A DNA stretch of 64,000 bases from Nitrospirota bacterium (GCA_963663225.1 OY760142.1:1728001-1792000); one strand, 5' to 3'; numbered from the stretch's first letter, positions 39,395 through 48,861 are shown. Notes: generated by a model from the sequence alone, not told the origin. Numbers and translations: made by a program.

Positions 39395-39762
39395 AACCGC
39401 CGAGAGCGCCGAGGAAAGAAGGTAGGTTGGGCTGAACGTTCTTTGCGAAGCCCAACGAATAAATGATGCTGTAAACTCTTATGCATCACCGTTGGAATGG
39501 AAATTTTCAAGTTTTTACCGGTATGTGAAAACAGGAGTGTACCATCCGGATTGGGGCGCGGTTGAACCGATGACTTTTGATGACAGTATAGTGAATGAAT
39601 GAAAATCTGTTGGGCTTCACAATGTTCAGCCCAACCTACGCTACTATCAGGTTGCAACGTAGGTTTATTGATCAACTTTAATGTCAAGATATTGAAAGAC
39701 GGTGTCAGATGCATCGTAAATAATTTTTCGGATTCTCTGCGTACTCAGCGTGCTCCGCGGTG
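39395..39762. repeat. Outer inverted repeats built from 9-bp CGCnGAGnn units
   Basis: AACCGCCGAGAGCGCCGAG (39395-39413) versus minus strand CACCGCGGAGCACGCTGAGTACGCAGAG (39735-39762). Confidence 0.6.
39422..39639. repeat. Inverted pair of GTAG-type REP palindromes
   Basis: GTAGGTTGGGCTGAAC...GAAGCCCAAC at 39422-39456 and its inverted copy at 39609-39639. Confidence 0.85.
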
Positions 39763-40236
39763 AGAAAGAATGAGAAGTTTTGTTTTTATCATAGCGATTC
39801 TGATTTATTAAGATTACGAAGAACGTTGTTATAAACGTTGCGTTGCGGATTTATGAGGGATGACCTCTTCTCGGAAAACAACACCACTCAATGAATCGGA
39901 CCTAAGGGAGTGTGAATAAGTGGAAGAAGATAAGGTCGTAAAGGTTTGCATATGCAAAATTAATAGCGAGTATCTGTTGCACAAAACACATACAATGAAG
40001 CGAAGACATTACCCATCCCTGAGCACCCAACATCCTTCGGAATTTCGTAAATTATTACTGAATTTTTGAAAAACCCTGAAAATACCCAATACTGGGTATT
40101 GACAATAACAGCCTCCTCCTGCATAGTGACGACGATTTCTTGCCTGAATATTGGTTTTCTCCAGGTCAAAATCATTATTGAATGACATGCTTCTGTGCGG
40201 ATATTGAACGGATATTGACTACAGGAGGATTTCATC

Positions 40237-40674
40237 ATGCCGACTGATAGCATTCTTTCTTCTCTTTTATCAATTCATAAACTTTTGCAGCGACATGAAC
40301 GGGCGGGAAGCGATTTAACTGATCAGGCAAGAAAACGCATATCAGATGCCTATAATCGTATTTACAGCCTTGCGGTACGAGCGGTACGGGCAGAAACGAC
40401 TGATTTTAATTTGGAAAGGACTCTTTTGGGTCGCGAAATTGGTTCTTCACTGGCAGATATAGAAGAATACTTAAAAAGAAATTTTCAGGCTTCCATAGAT
40501 CATGACGCTGTTATATCTGTTGTAGATGTTGTTTTGGAGATGCTGGAGGGTTCCTTTTCTCCCGAATTCGTGCAGGGGAATGAAGTGGAGGCAGGCAGTA
40601 TTCCGAAATTGCAGGATATTCTCAGAAAAAATGAAAACGGTTATTCCGTACGCGATTGCCGGTTTAAAGGTTGA
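40237..40674 (+). CDS. Hypothetical protein
   Basis: 145 aa ORF with SD AGGAGG. Confidence 0.65.
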   Translation: MPTDSILSSLLSIHKLLQRHERAGSDLTDQARKRISDAYNRIYSLAVRAVRAETTDFNLERTLLGREIGSSLADIEEYLKRNFQASIDHDAVISVVDVVLEMLEGSFSPEFVQGNEVEAGSIPKLQDILRKNENGYSVRDCRFKG

Positions 40675-40737
40675 AAAGTCGTTGTAGCATGCGAGAAAAG
40701 CTTTCCGGCGGCAGTGTGGTGGAAAAACCGTCAGGAT

Positions 40738-41130
40738 TCAGGCAGTAATCCAACGGTCGATAAGCAATTTAATGTCCTTGCCGAATTGATCCATGTTAAA
40801 AGCTTTCTGGAGAAAGGCATCCGCACCGGCATCATACGCCGCCTGTTTGTCCGATTCGAGTGAGGAGTTTGTCACAATGACCACGGGGATGTCTTTCAGG
40901 CACGCGTCTGCACGCAGCTGCCGCACTGTTTCGATTCCGCCCATTCCGGGCATTTTCAAATCGAGCAGTATCAGAGACGGCGCAACTTTGCGGGTCCGGA
41001 GAAGTTCAAGCGCGGCTTCACCTTCCTGTGCGGTGGTAATATTTTTTACCCGGCCTGCTTTTTTCAAAACTCTTCTCAGGAGCTCTATTTCATCCTGGTC
41101 GTCATCCACAATCATCACTGTCTGCATCAT
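40738..41130 (-). CDS. Single-domain response regulator (Rcp-like)
   Basis: IVDDD, LILLDLKMPG, IPVVIVTNS, AYDAGA. Confidence 0.92.
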   Translation of the reverse strand: MMQTVMIVDDDQDEIELLRRVLKKAGRVKNITTAQEGEAALELLRTRKVAPSLILLDLKMPGMGGIETVRQLRADACLKDIPVVIVTNSSLESDKQAAYDAGADAFLQKAFNMDQFGKDIKLLIDRWITA

Positions 41131-41172
41131 GATACCCGGCCTCTCTCCGAAAACTGTTCTTACGGCTTTGTG

Positions 41173-44100
41173 TTAGTTCAGCGTAAAATAAATAGTTGCT
41201 CCTTTTCCCGGTTCTCCTTCCGCCCACACGGATCCTCCATGGCGTCTGACGACCCGCTCCACGATGGCCAGGCCGATGCCTGTTCCTTCGAATTCCTGTT
41301 CTGTGTGGAGCCGATGGAAAGGAAGAAATATTTTATCAATAAAACGGGGATCAAATCCTGCGCCGTTGTCTTTTACAAAAAAGACGGTTTCTCCATCCTG
41401 ATCGAATGCATTAAATTCAATCCTGGCGCCCTGTGTTTTTGAAGTGAATTTCCAGGCATTTTGAAGAAGATTGGTAAGCGCCAGTTTTGTCAGCCGCCCG
41501 TCCGCGACGGCGCGCAAATTTTCGGCGATGTGGGTCTCGGTTCTCCGTTCCGGACAGGCTTCCTGCAATTCAGAGAATATGGTTTTTGCCATGGCTGTCA
41601 AGTCAATAGCAGTCCTGACCACTTGCTGCCGTGATATCCTGGAGAGATGCAGGAGATCTTCAATCAACCTGCTCATTTTTTCAGATCCTCTGAATATCCG
41701 GTTCAGATGGCCGACGCCCTGCGGGTCGAATTTGTCTTTATAATCCTCGAGCAAAATTTCCACGAATCCGGATATGGTGCGAAGGGGGGCGCGCAGATCA
41801 TGGGACACGGAATAAATGAAGGCCTCGAGTTCGTTATTCACCGCCAGCAATTCATCGCTTTGCAGCCTGAGAGCTTGCGCGTCTTTTACGCGTGTTATTG
41901 CCACCGCCACCTGGTCGGCCACCGCCTTCATGAGAGACAGATCGTCTTTGGTAAAGGTCTCTTTCGTTCGGGAGCCGAAGGAAAGCGTTCCGATTGTTTT
42001 ACCACCTGCACCAATCAGGGGGTGGCAGGCATAGGCCGTGATACCGTATGAGCGGACCAATGTCACGCGGCTGTCTGTGGAGTCGGTAATGTGTTCCGAC
42101 ACGACAGGAGAGCTTTTTTGAGCGACGAAGCCGCATATTGCGGTGCCGGAATCGAGCCATGTTGCCCGGCGGGCTTCCTCTGCCGGTATTCCTGCGTAGG
42201 CATTCAGGTAGAGACGGTCTGTGTGCTCGTCCACTAGGTAATTGAAGAAAACATGACACTCCAGATGGTCCATTACCTTCCGGCAGAGAGACTCTACGAT
42301 TTTCTGCGGTTCAAGGGCCACCAGCAGTTCACCAGCTGTGCTGGACATCAACTCAAAGCGCTGCAGACTATGCTGGATGGCGGCCTCGGCATGTTTGCGC
42401 TCGCTGATGTCGTGAATGATTGAAAAAAGAAGGGTCCTGTTCCGGGTTTTAAAGGGAGTAGAGTATACTTCCACCCAACGGGCATTTCCATCAGCGAGGC
42501 GATGCTGAAATATGAAGTGATTTTTTTGCTCCTGTGCGGCTTTGTTCCGCTCCGTGGACACTTCATCAGCGGGCAGCAGGTTAATGTCCTGAATATGCAT
42601 CGTGCAGAGCTTTTCGCGGGGATATCCGTAATACTCGACCGCGGACGAGTTTGCTTCCACGACGGAGCCGGTTTCGGGGTCAACCAGCAGCATAACGGCC
42701 CGATGCCTCTCGAACATGTTCCGGAACCGTTCTTCGCTTTCCCTCAGGCCTTCTTCAGCGCGTCTGCGCTCGGTGACATCAAGGACCTGGGACATGACCG
42801 AGGACATTTTTCCTTCCGCGTTCAGGAGAACCGAATTGTACCACTCGCAGTAGATGATCTGGCCGTTTTTGGTATAGTTTCGGTTGGTGGAAACGACCCT
42901 GCGCGACACCCCATCGGTGAGCTTTCCCATTGTCTGTTTGACTATCGGAACATCCTCTTCATAGACTATATTCAGATTCATGATCGGTTTTCCGATTGTC
43001 TCGGCTGCGCTCCATCCAAAGATACTTTCCGCGTCGCCGGCCCAGCGCGTAACGACGAAGTTCTCATCCCACTCGACAATGGCCAGAGGCGAGTTTTCCG
43101 TATGCAGGCGCAGGCGTTCCTCGCTTGATTTCAATGAAGACATCAAGGCGTCCCGTTCTGCGAGAGATCGGGCAAGTTTGATGTTGCTGTAACTCAACTG
43201 GGAGACAATATCCGCGAGTTTCAGCAAGAAGGCCATCCCCGTATCCACGGTTTGCCTGCTGAGGCGCGGGACTGCGTCCAATGCAGTAATATATTCTGTT
43301 TCATCGAAACCGTGCTGTCGTGCCTGGATCCGGAAAAAATCGTAATCCGGCAGCGGTTCGTCTGCAAAGAAAAATTGTCCTGTGAAGAGATGGCCAAGAC
43401 GCTTGCCGCCGACGGCAATAGGGGTCGCTATGTTCCACATATTGTTTCTGCACTTGTAAAGCCTGAATTTACCCGAAGGGATGTCCGCGGTAAGGAGCGT
43501 GTCGCTCTCCATGCACTGCCTGCCTGTCTCAGGGTGGATGCGATGGAACCGCGCGCAGATGTCCTGCCATCCCACATTGACCAGGACATTCCCGTTCAGG
43601 TCGGTTATCGTCATGGGAATGCCTACCAGTTTATAAAAATCATCCATGAGGGACTGAATCTCGCGCGTATTGATGATATCGGCGAGGTCCAGTTTGCCGA
43701 CGTCCCCTTCCGGAGCAAGAATGCTGTTCAGCTTCTGGCTGATGCGCTGCTCGCTTTCGCGGAGCGCTTCTTCGGCCCGCTTGCGTTTTGTGATGTCATA
43801 GGCATAAATGCGGAAGGCGTTGAACCGGGGAACCAGCTGGATTGTAGCCCCAAACATCATGTTCTGTATGGTAAGCTCACGGTAAAGAGCCGTTTCCTTG
43901 TTGTTTTTGAGCTCCGCCAGGATATCCTGCACATCGGGCGGCAGAAAAAGAGCGGCCGCATCCGCGTCCAGGCCGAGGCTGCGAAGGACCGTTTGAACAG
44001 CGGGATTAGAGAAAATTATTTTGCCGGAGAAATCTACTTCAATTATGGGATTGGGGTTCAACTGCGGAAACGAAGCCAGATGCCGTGTGCGGCTCACTGC

Positions 44101-44709
44101 TTTATTGCGTTCGGTAATGTCATGCGCCAGATGCACCGAGCCGGTCAATCGGCCCTGTTCGTCGAATAACGGCGCTGTGCTGACCAGAAGATCGCTGTTG
44201 ATGCGGCTCTCATGCACTTCCTGAACATGCGGCAGGTTGTCTTGCACGGTGTGGGAATGTGGACAGAAAAAGGGCGGTGTCTTGGTGCCATGCACAACCT
44301 CATAGCAGTGCAGGCCAACGCACTGCTCGGGGGCAAGGCCGAGTCGCTCTGCCATGGCCCTATTTATTCTCCGGATACGATGCTGAGTGTCGATGATTGC
44401 GAGCATGTCCGGAATGCTGTCAAATGTCCGTTCCCAGTCCTTCTGCGCGTGAAGCAGTTTGTCCTGGGCGATCTTGAGTTCTGCAACGAGCTTCTTATTT
44501 CGAGACAGAAGCTTTTTGTGGGATGCTTCCCGCTCGTTGGTATCGGATCTTCTCGGCTTCCTGTGACGGTCTTCGGGACGCTCCTCCGGCCTCGCCGTAT
44601 CAGTTTTGGTTTGATGCGCTGTGGCCGATGACTGTTTCTGCGTGCAAGCGACGTCTGAATTCACGGACTTGTGCCGTGCTTTTGCTTTTGGTTCTGTTTT
44701 CGAGGTCAT
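41173..44709 (-). CDS. Cytoplasmic multi-sensor histidine kinase (PAS/PocR/GAF)
   Basis: Several PAS/PAC units, PocR-like GWQDIC..FHR..C..SD..YKC block, GAF, SVSHDLRAPLR, NAWKF, DNGAGF, GTGIGL; no TM. Confidence 0.93.
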   Translation of the reverse strand: MTSKTEPKAKARHKSVNSDVACTQKQSSATAHQTKTDTARPEERPEDRHRKPRRSDTNEREASHKKLLSRNKKLVAELKIAQDKLLHAQKDWERTFDSIPDMLAIIDTQHRIRRINRAMAERLGLAPEQCVGLHCYEVVHGTKTPPFFCPHSHTVQDNLPHVQEVHESRINSDLLVSTAPLFDEQGRLTGSVHLAHDITERNKAVSRTRHLASFPQLNPNPIIEVDFSGKIIFSNPAVQTVLRSLGLDADAAALFLPPDVQDILAELKNNKETALYRELTIQNMMFGATIQLVPRFNAFRIYAYDITKRKRAEEALRESEQRISQKLNSILAPEGDVGKLDLADIINTREIQSLMDDFYKLVGIPMTITDLNGNVLVNVGWQDICARFHRIHPETGRQCMESDTLLTADIPSGKFRLYKCRNNMWNIATPIAVGGKRLGHLFTGQFFFADEPLPDYDFFRIQARQHGFDETEYITALDAVPRLSRQTVDTGMAFLLKLADIVSQLSYSNIKLARSLAERDALMSSLKSSEERLRLHTENSPLAIVEWDENFVVTRWAGDAESIFGWSAAETIGKPIMNLNIVYEEDVPIVKQTMGKLTDGVSRRVVSTNRNYTKNGQIIYCEWYNSVLLNAEGKMSSVMSQVLDVTERRRAEEGLRESEERFRNMFERHRAVMLLVDPETGSVVEANSSAVEYYGYPREKLCTMHIQDINLLPADEVSTERNKAAQEQKNHFIFQHRLADGNARWVEVYSTPFKTRNRTLLFSIIHDISERKHAEAAIQHSLQRFELMSSTAGELLVALEPQKIVESLCRKVMDHLECHVFFNYLVDEHTDRLYLNAYAGIPAEEARRATWLDSGTAICGFVAQKSSPVVSEHITDSTDSRVTLVRSYGITAYACHPLIGAGGKTIGTLSFGSRTKETFTKDDLSLMKAVADQVAVAITRVKDAQALRLQSDELLAVNNELEAFIYSVSHDLRAPLRTISGFVEILLEDYKDKFDPQGVGHLNRIFRGSEKMSRLIEDLLHLSRISRQQVVRTAIDLTAMAKTIFSELQEACPERRTETHIAENLRAVADGRLTKLALTNLLQNAWKFTSKTQGARIEFNAFDQDGETVFFVKDNGAGFDPRFIDKIFLPFHRLHTEQEFEGTGIGLAIVERVVRRHGGSVWAEGEPGKGATIYFTLN

Positions 44710-44949
44710 ACATCCCTGGGCCGTGAAAATAAAGCGTCTGACGCATACGTCAACAACGTCGGGTGCCCGGCCGACTAGTTACGGTAACTGCAGGACCAAG
44801 TATAGCATCAATATGCCTCTTCGGGGAAGATTTCTTGCAGCTTTTTATGCTTTTTTCTGGTAAGAAAAGGCTTGCGCAGCGAAAAAATTTTCACCACGCA
44901 AGCCTCATATCATACGCACTACCCGCCGTGCAGTTTAAAACGGACGCAT

Positions 44950-45957
44950 CTAAGCGGTTATACTGAATGATGATGCGCCTGAAAATTGTATTTTCAGAAA
45001 ATCAAACATATCAGACAGTTGCTCAGTGTTGGTGTTCACCGCATATGCAGACATGGCGCTTTGCATTTGAGGCGGTGGTGGCGGAGAATTTTCCTGCATC
45101 AATTTTTCGAAATCAGTTTCGCTCATCGTGCCGTCGCTATTGGAAGCATACTGCGCAAACAGGCTGCTTACAGCGGAAGAGGTGCTGGTGTCCGACGAAG
45201 ATGTGCCTGCATCAGTTGAAGTGGTGTCGTTGCTCGTCAGCAGACTTTTTAAATAAGCAGTCATCTCAGAAGAGCTGACTTCACCATCGCCATTGGTATC
45301 GATACTGTTGAACAGATCATCCATCACCTGGGTTGTTACCTGGTTCGTATCGCCGGATCCGTTCGAAGGCGGCGGGGGTGGCGGCGGAGAATTTTCCTGT
45401 ATCAATTTTTCGAAATCAGCTTCGTTCATCGTGCCGTCGCTATTGGAAGCATACTGCGCAAACAGGCTGCTTATAGCGGAAGAGGCGCTGGTGTCTGACG
45501 AAGATGTGCCTGCATCAGTTGAAGTGGTGTCGTTGCTCGTTGACAGACTTTTTAAGTAGGCAGTCATCTCAGAAGAGCTGACTTCACCATCGCCATTGCT
45601 GTCAATACTGTTAAACATGCTGTCCACGGCTTGCTGCATACCCATCTGGCTCATGGCTCCTGCGGATGTATCTGCAGGCGGCGATGCATTTTCTTTCATA
45701 AACTTGTCGAGTTCATCCTTGCTGAGGGTGCCGTCATTATTGGCATCGTAGGTGGTGAACACAGAGTCTGCATCAATAGAAGAGCTTGAGTCTGTAGACA
45801 ATTTTTTCGCGAGTGCGGAAAATTCCGTTTTGTCGATTGTACCGCTGCTGTCGTTGTCCACTTTGCTGAACAATTCATCTTTCCGTTGCTGTTGTTGAGT
45901 CGTCTGCAATAACATTTGGAGCAGATAACTGCTCGTACTGCTTACGCTGCTTACCAT
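44950..45957 (-). CDS. Multi-EF-hand calcium-binding protein
   Basis: ATG after AAGGAGGT; DNDSSGTIDKTE, DANNDGTLSKDE, DSNGDGEVSSSE, DTNGDGEVSSSE loops; poly-Pro and Ser/Thr linkers. Confidence 0.88.
   Translation of the reverse strand: MVSSVSSTSSYLLQMLLQTTQQQQRKDELFSKVDNDSSGTIDKTEFSALAKKLSTDSSSSIDADSVFTTYDANNDGTLSKDELDKFMKENASPPADTSAGAMSQMGMQQAVDSMFNSIDSNGDGEVSSSEMTAYLKSLSTSNDTTSTDAGTSSSDTSASSAISSLFAQYASNSDGTMNEADFEKLIQENSPPPPPPPSNGSGDTNQVTTQVMDDLFNSIDTNGDGEVSSSEMTAYLKSLLTSNDTTSTDAGTSSSDTSTSSAVSSLFAQYASNSDGTMSETDFEKLMQENSPPPPPQMQSAMSAYAVNTNTEQLSDMFDFLKIQFSGASSFSITA
45081..45620. repeat. Intragenic direct duplication with 303-bp period
   Basis: Near-identical blocks, e.g. GCGGAGAATTTTCCTG at 45081 and 45384, CAGACTTTTTAA at 45241 and 45544. 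Confidence 0.9.
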
Positions 45958-46079
45958 AATTACCTCCTTGGTAATAGAGTGACTTTCATTGCATGCCTGA
46001 AGGTAAAACTTTTCAGTGCCTAGAACATCATCACTCACCTCCTTCCTGCATCTCGTATCGGCAGGATTCCGCAGGAATA

Positions 46080-46115
46080 TGTAGGATTTTTGTAGTGAAA
46101 ATGTGATTATTTGTA
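46080..46115 (-). promoter_or_regulatory. RstA-box-like direct repeats
   Basis: TACA/CACA/TACA/TACA on the minus strand at 10-11 bp spacing. Confidence 0.5.
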
Positions 46116-46148
46116 GCATCCTTTCCGGCCTGGCAGGTACTCTTCGAA

Positions 46149-46865
46149 TTATTCATCTTTTTGGGCCCCCATAAACAAATAACCGGCACCTCGAACGGTT
46201 TTTAGATACCGTGGTTCCTCGAGATTGTCGTCTATTTTTTGCCGAATTCTGGAAATATATATATCAATGGAGCGGTCGTAGCCATTGTGTTCAGAATTGT
46301 AGAGGGTCAGATGGACATCGTTGCGACTGACGACTCTCCCCGCGTTTTTTGCCAAATAGCTGAATATGTCAAATTCGATGGAAGTCAACAATATTCTTTT
46401 TCCTTTGATGATTACGTCTCGCCTACTCAGATCTACGGTGAGACCATCAAACAGAAGCTGGTTTTTTTTATCTCTGTTTTCCCGATCAAAGCGTGCTAGG
46501 AGGGTGCTCAGCCTGGCTAGGAGTAGAATAGGGTTAAAAGGTTTCGCAATGAAGTCATCGGCTCCGTTAAAAAGGCTCTGAATATGATGCATATCGGTGT
46601 GGTTATTGGAGAGGATTACAATCGGACCGGGAAAATTTGAACGAATATCTTTACTTTTTTCGAGCGCCCATGTGTCTGATAAAGTTTCATCCAGGATCAC
46701 CAGATCAGGTGCGTCATTTTCAAATAGTAATTGCAGGTTTTGGCTGCCGGTTCCAAAGGTGATACGAAAACCTTGCTTGTTAAGAACTTTGATTAAAGCA
46801 GAGGATGAACTGCTGTTATCCGCGACAAGAAGTATTTTTTTTTGAAACGTGAGTGAACCGCTCAT
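46149..46865 (-). CDS. OmpR-family response regulator (RstA-like)
   Basis: PDLVILD, GADDFIAKP, LTSIEFD, DRSIDIYISRIRQKI, KTVRGAGYLF. Confidence 0.9.
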   Translation of the reverse strand: MSGSLTFQKKILLVADNSSSSSALIKVLNKQGFRITFGTGSQNLQLLFENDAPDLVILDETLSDTWALEKSKDIRSNFPGPIVILSNNHTDMHHIQSLFNGADDFIAKPFNPILLLARLSTLLARFDRENRDKKNQLLFDGLTVDLSRRDVIIKGKRILLTSIEFDIFSYLAKNAGRVVSRNDVHLTLYNSEHNGYDRSIDIYISRIRQKIDDNLEEPRYLKTVRGAGYLFMGAQKDE

Positions 46866-46975
46866 GATAGTATCCTGCTCTTATCAGATGCGCTTTTAGT
46901 AATGATTATTTCACAGAACCTGCATTACTGCGTTTGATCTTTCTTTGCACGTATCTGTGGGCTGCTATCTGATAA

Positions 46976-46991
46976 AGCAAGAGAAATGCCA
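46976..46991 (-). promoter_or_regulatory. Sigma54 (-24/-12) promoter
   Basis: Minus strand TGGCAT-TTCTC-TTGCT about 110 bp upstream of the regulator start. Confidence 0.65.
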
Positions 46992-47038
46992 CCAATTCGC
47001 GATTGGAAACAAATTATGCTGATTTATTGTTTAATAAG

Positions 47039-47251
47039 TTACATTCTATAATCTGAAACTTGCTTCCTTTTTTTTCTTTTATCCTCAAATATGTCCACTG
47101 CCTGTTTCAGCAGCTGTGATTTCCAGTTTTTAATCTGATTTGGATGCAGTTCATATTGTGTCGCCAGCTCAACCAAGTTTTTCTTGCCACGAAGCAATTC
47201 CACAACTACTTTAGCTTTGAATTCTCCGAGATATGTTTTGCGTGTTTTCAT
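47039..47251 (-). CDS. Solo IS3-family OrfA-like HTH protein (70 aa)
   Basis: ATG after GGAGGT; RKTY..EFKAKVVVE.LRG...ELA.QYELHPNQI.NWK. Confidence 0.75.
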   Translation of the reverse strand: MKTRKTYLGEFKAKVVVELLRGKKNLVELATQYELHPNQIKNWKSQLLKQAVDIFEDKRKKRKQVSDYRM

Positions 47252-47765
47252 GAATTTTGTTACCTCCGTATTTTTTTTCGCGGGATGCCGCAGCTGACTA
47301 AACAGGGTTTTGGCTGCTCGAACAGGACCCGGGTTTCTATTCCTCGCAGGCGTAACGTATCGGCTCTGCAAAGGAAACCATTTTTTTAGCTGGCGCTCAT
47401 TCACCAATGTATTTTTTTACTTAGAGCAATGGGAAAAAAATTCCTAGTGTGCATATTTTTCTTTCTGGCATAAATTTAGAAACTGGCAAGCTAAAGAAAG
47501 ATATTTACATTTCAGTCCGTAACTAGCTGGTAATGTACATTTCCGTATGTACCCGATACTCTTTGCAGTCGTGTATTTGTCGGTCTCGTCATAGGTACGC
47601 GCCCTTTGAGTTTCTGCCTATTTTTATCAGCGGATTTTTTGTATCTCGAAATTTGCTCTTACGGAAACTCTTATCAAAACTATGACCCGCATTTCAGAAA
47701 TCGCCTGTCCTGCTGTGATGCTGTAGATCAACAACGTGCTATCCTGCCGAGGTCGTTTATCGCGT

Positions 47766-47984
47766 CTAAACTGATAAACCGTCCTCGGACGACAGTAAAT
47801 GAACGGCGATCGTGGAACCACACCGACAGTTTCTAAGCTCCAGGTCATCGCAAATACGTTTTCCTGTATTGTCTCTTCCCGGCAAAACAGCAGCAACAGA
47901 CAATGACTGCCATTCGATTGCCGACTGATACAGAGCGCCACAATGACATGTCTTGGGGAAACTGTTTGCGTGATAATAGTTCAT
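47766..47984 (-). CDS. Small CxC...CxC putative metal-binding protein (72 aa)
   Basis: SD AAAGGAGGT; FPKTCHCG...ELRNCRCGSTI. Confidence 0.7.
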   Translation of the reverse strand: MNYYHANSFPKTCHCGALYQSAIEWQSLSVAAVLPGRDNTGKRICDDLELRNCRCGSTIAVHLLSSEDGLSV

Positions 47985-48045
47985 GATTAAGACCTCCTTT
48001 CTGTGGCCTTTCCACAGTCTGCACGATATGGGTTTTTGGGGATTT

Positions 48046-48861
48046 TCAGCGTTCATCACTCATAATCTGTATCTTGAAATTATAGGGGGTAATAGCCCTA
48101 TTGATTTCAATTGGAATAAAGAGATTAAATGTTTTTCCCCGTAATCCGGACGTGCTGACCTCTTCTTGGCCAAACAGGGGTTTCACTTCATACTTCCCTG
48201 TTTTGGAAGATACAAATACGTGCTCAATCGGGGTTATAGTTTCCTGAATAGATTCTCCCGGCAGAACTATCTGGTCAGGAATAGGGTTGTTCCTGTCTTG
48301 ATATCGGACGCCGGAATTCATAAGGCGAAAGCGTTGTGTGTGAATGTCCGAGTATCCACCCCGCTCCCAAAGAATTTTCAGGGGATGCTCAGAAAGATTT
48401 TTAAGTCCTACCTGGAACGAAGTTTCGCCTATAGCAACGGAAATTGAAATTGCTTTGTCTCGGAATATCAGATTGCGAGAAGGAATGGGCTTCCGGGAGT
48501 CCAACTCGCTGGAAATTGCGGGTGCGAGAAGACGATATGTTAATTGATGCAAAAAAGCTTTCTCCAGTTTGACCCTGATTGTATCGCCTTCATTAATATG
48601 GCGGAGGACTATGGTTACGGGCTTGTACCTGTCTTTGCTTACTTCCAGGATTTCTTTGCTTGCCCGCGCGGATTCTGTCGCCACATCCGCGGCAATCACG
48701 GCAGGCGAACTGAATTTCTGCTCTTTGTGATCAGGGCCTGAAATAACCCTAATGATCGAGTCCGGCGGATCCGCAATGACTGTAAACGTTTTTGCATACA
48801 TGCTTGCCGGGCACGCTGTTACAAAAAGACTTGCCAGAATAATGAATAGATATTGCTGCAT
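48046..48861 (-). CDS. Exported hypothetical protein
   Basis: SD AAGGAG; hydrophobic N-terminus; beta-rich body. Confidence 0.75.
   Translation of the reverse strand: MQQYLFIILASLFVTACPASMYAKTFTVIADPPDSIIRVISGPDHKEQKFSSPAVIAADVATESARASKEILEVSKDRYKPVTIVLRHINEGDTIRVKLEKAFLHQLTYRLLAPAISSELDSRKPIPSRNLIFRDKAISISVAIGETSFQVGLKNLSEHPLKILWERGGYSDIHTQRFRLMNSGVRYQDRNNPIPDQIVLPGESIQETITPIEHVFVSSKTGKYEVKPLFGQEEVSTSGLRGKTFNLFIPIEINRAITPYNFKIQIMSDER

Noticed and set aside
39450-39497. GCCCAAC...GTTGGAA as an attC, with GTTAGGC at the end of comM
   Set aside because: GCCCAAC belongs to the REP palindrome and the L-box spacing does not fit
39960-40253. 97-aa minus-strand ORF
   Set aside because: No SD or motif; overlaps the better-supported start at 40237
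47281-47400. c-di-GMP-I riboswitch upstream of the HTH gene
   Set aside because: Only a CGGGTCCTG...CAGCC resemblance; the GGCAAA and GCAAA core elements are absent
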